Part shown: positions 62,751-64,000 of the stretch, piece by piece
Position numbering within the stretch: the first letter of the stretch is position 1
How the letters are laid out: each line of letters starts with the position of its first letter
Source of the DNA: Octopus bimaculoides
Taxonomy: Eukaryota
NCBI RefSeq assembly: GCF_001194135.2
Contig: NC_068988.1
Coordinates: forward strand, 2,403,380 to 2,467,379
Direction of reading: 5' to 3'
Length of the DNA: 64,000 nucleotides
Notes under the pieces: generated by a model
Database searches by the model: none
Told to the model about the DNA's origin: nothing
What the model saw: only the letters and a program-made list of their open reading frames with translations
Translations under genes and position numbers: made by a program

Positions 62751-63334
62751 AAACAAATCAAAGCAAGTTTGAGAGAGCAGTTTTTCTAAATATATATATG
62801 TCTCCAGTAAATATAAGAATCATGCAGCATCATTTAGATTCCTGACCATTCCAATATGCCATATTACAAAGGTTAAGCTTTTGCAGTTCAAGAGCAGCAG
62901 ACAGTGCTACTATCTAATGAAGAAAAAAAAAAGAAGACATTAGAGCTTTAATCCTCAAGACACAGCCAAACATGTCAGTTATGTCAGATTCTTGAGGAAG
63001 GTATCACACATTTGGTCAGTAGTGCCAGCAGCGCCCACCCCCACCAGAAATGGTTAGAAGTTCTTACTAAAGCAATATCCAATGTCATCTGTAAAAAAGA
63101 AGCCTGAGGGAGATGTGGAGAATAGCATTGTGATGGAAAGCATCATCATCTTCAGCAGCAGCAACAGCAGCAACAGCAGCAGCAGTATCGTTTTAGCATC
63201 TACTTTTCCATGCTAGCATGAGTTGGAAGACACTATATTGGAGAAGAGTCTTTTTAAGAGTTAGATGTCCTTGTTGCTGTCCTCCCTGTTTTTTTTACAA
63301 ATGAGGTAATCTTCTGCCTATCAGACTACAAATG

Positions 63335-63644
63335 GCTTCGATAACAGAATAAGAGGCACAGGATCAATGAGTCTTCTGTTTCTTGACAATTTTCCAGACT
63401 GTTGTTTGGTTAATTTTAAACTTTTTTTGCTTTCGCTGTATTGCACATGCCTCTTTTCTGCAGGGTTTTGATTGTATTTCACTCGACAGCCATTATCTAA
63501 TTTATAAATCTGAATTTATTTATTCTGAAACAAAGAAGGACACACTAAGCTTTTGTAATGATGTAGAATTTCCATATCTTTGTCACATTTATTGATAGTT
63601 ATTAAAGCCCAAAACTTGGGTTGCCTTAATTTCGGAACACTCTG
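63335..63644 (-). mobile_element. 5' end of a Tc1/maT-like element
   Basis: TA plus TIR-like cagagtgttccgaaattaaggcaacc. N-terminal HTH-like peptide NTIKTLQKRGMCNTAKAKKFKINQTTVWKIVKK. Confidence 0.55.
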
Positions 63645-63793
63645 TATATCCTTTAAGTTTGTTTACAGGAAATGTTTTGAATATGCAAATAAAAGCTTCT
63701 ATTCTCTTATGCTGTCTGCAACATAAAGACGCTAGCTAGAAATACCAGTTTTTTTAGGGTTGCATTGCTCTGTGCTAATATAATGTAGGATAA

Positions 63794-63797
<4 letters not shown>

Positions 63798-63850
<53 letters not shown>

Positions 63851-63918
63851 TCTTTGGATGGAATTTATGAATATTTTAATGCATCACTACACTATTTATA
63901 AATTCTATCCAAGAATTA

Positions 63919-63977
<59 letters not shown>

Positions 63978-64000
63978 ATTACTACTACAATATATATATA
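63798..64000. repeat. (AAT)n, (ACT)n and (GCT)n microsatellites
   Basis: Seen directly. Confidence 0.95.

Overview
AT-rich eukaryotic DNA that is almost entirely non-coding, dense in microsatellites and decayed transposable elements, and interrupted by N gaps. The repeat families suggest an octopus or other coleoid cephalopod genome; this is inferred from family recognition, not a database search. I found no rRNA, true tRNA or CRISPR array and no long intact protein-coding ORF. Most ORFs in the track are translations of simple repeats or N runs. The window does contain: (i) a full-length but inactivated mariner (42812-44095), maT/Tc1 relics and several MITEs; (ii) RTE, CR1-like, Penelope-like (GIY-YIG) and restriction-like-endonuclease (R4/Dong-type) retroelement fragments; (iii) four SINE-like families; (iv) a few short candidate exons of an unidentified long-intron gene, including a 50-nt exon-like cassette present twice, 3000 bp apart. 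The most unusual signal is a set of degenerate minimal type I hammerhead-ribozyme motifs from several unrelated repeats. The clearest are two copies inside a complex fold-back repeat at 9.97-10.73 kb.
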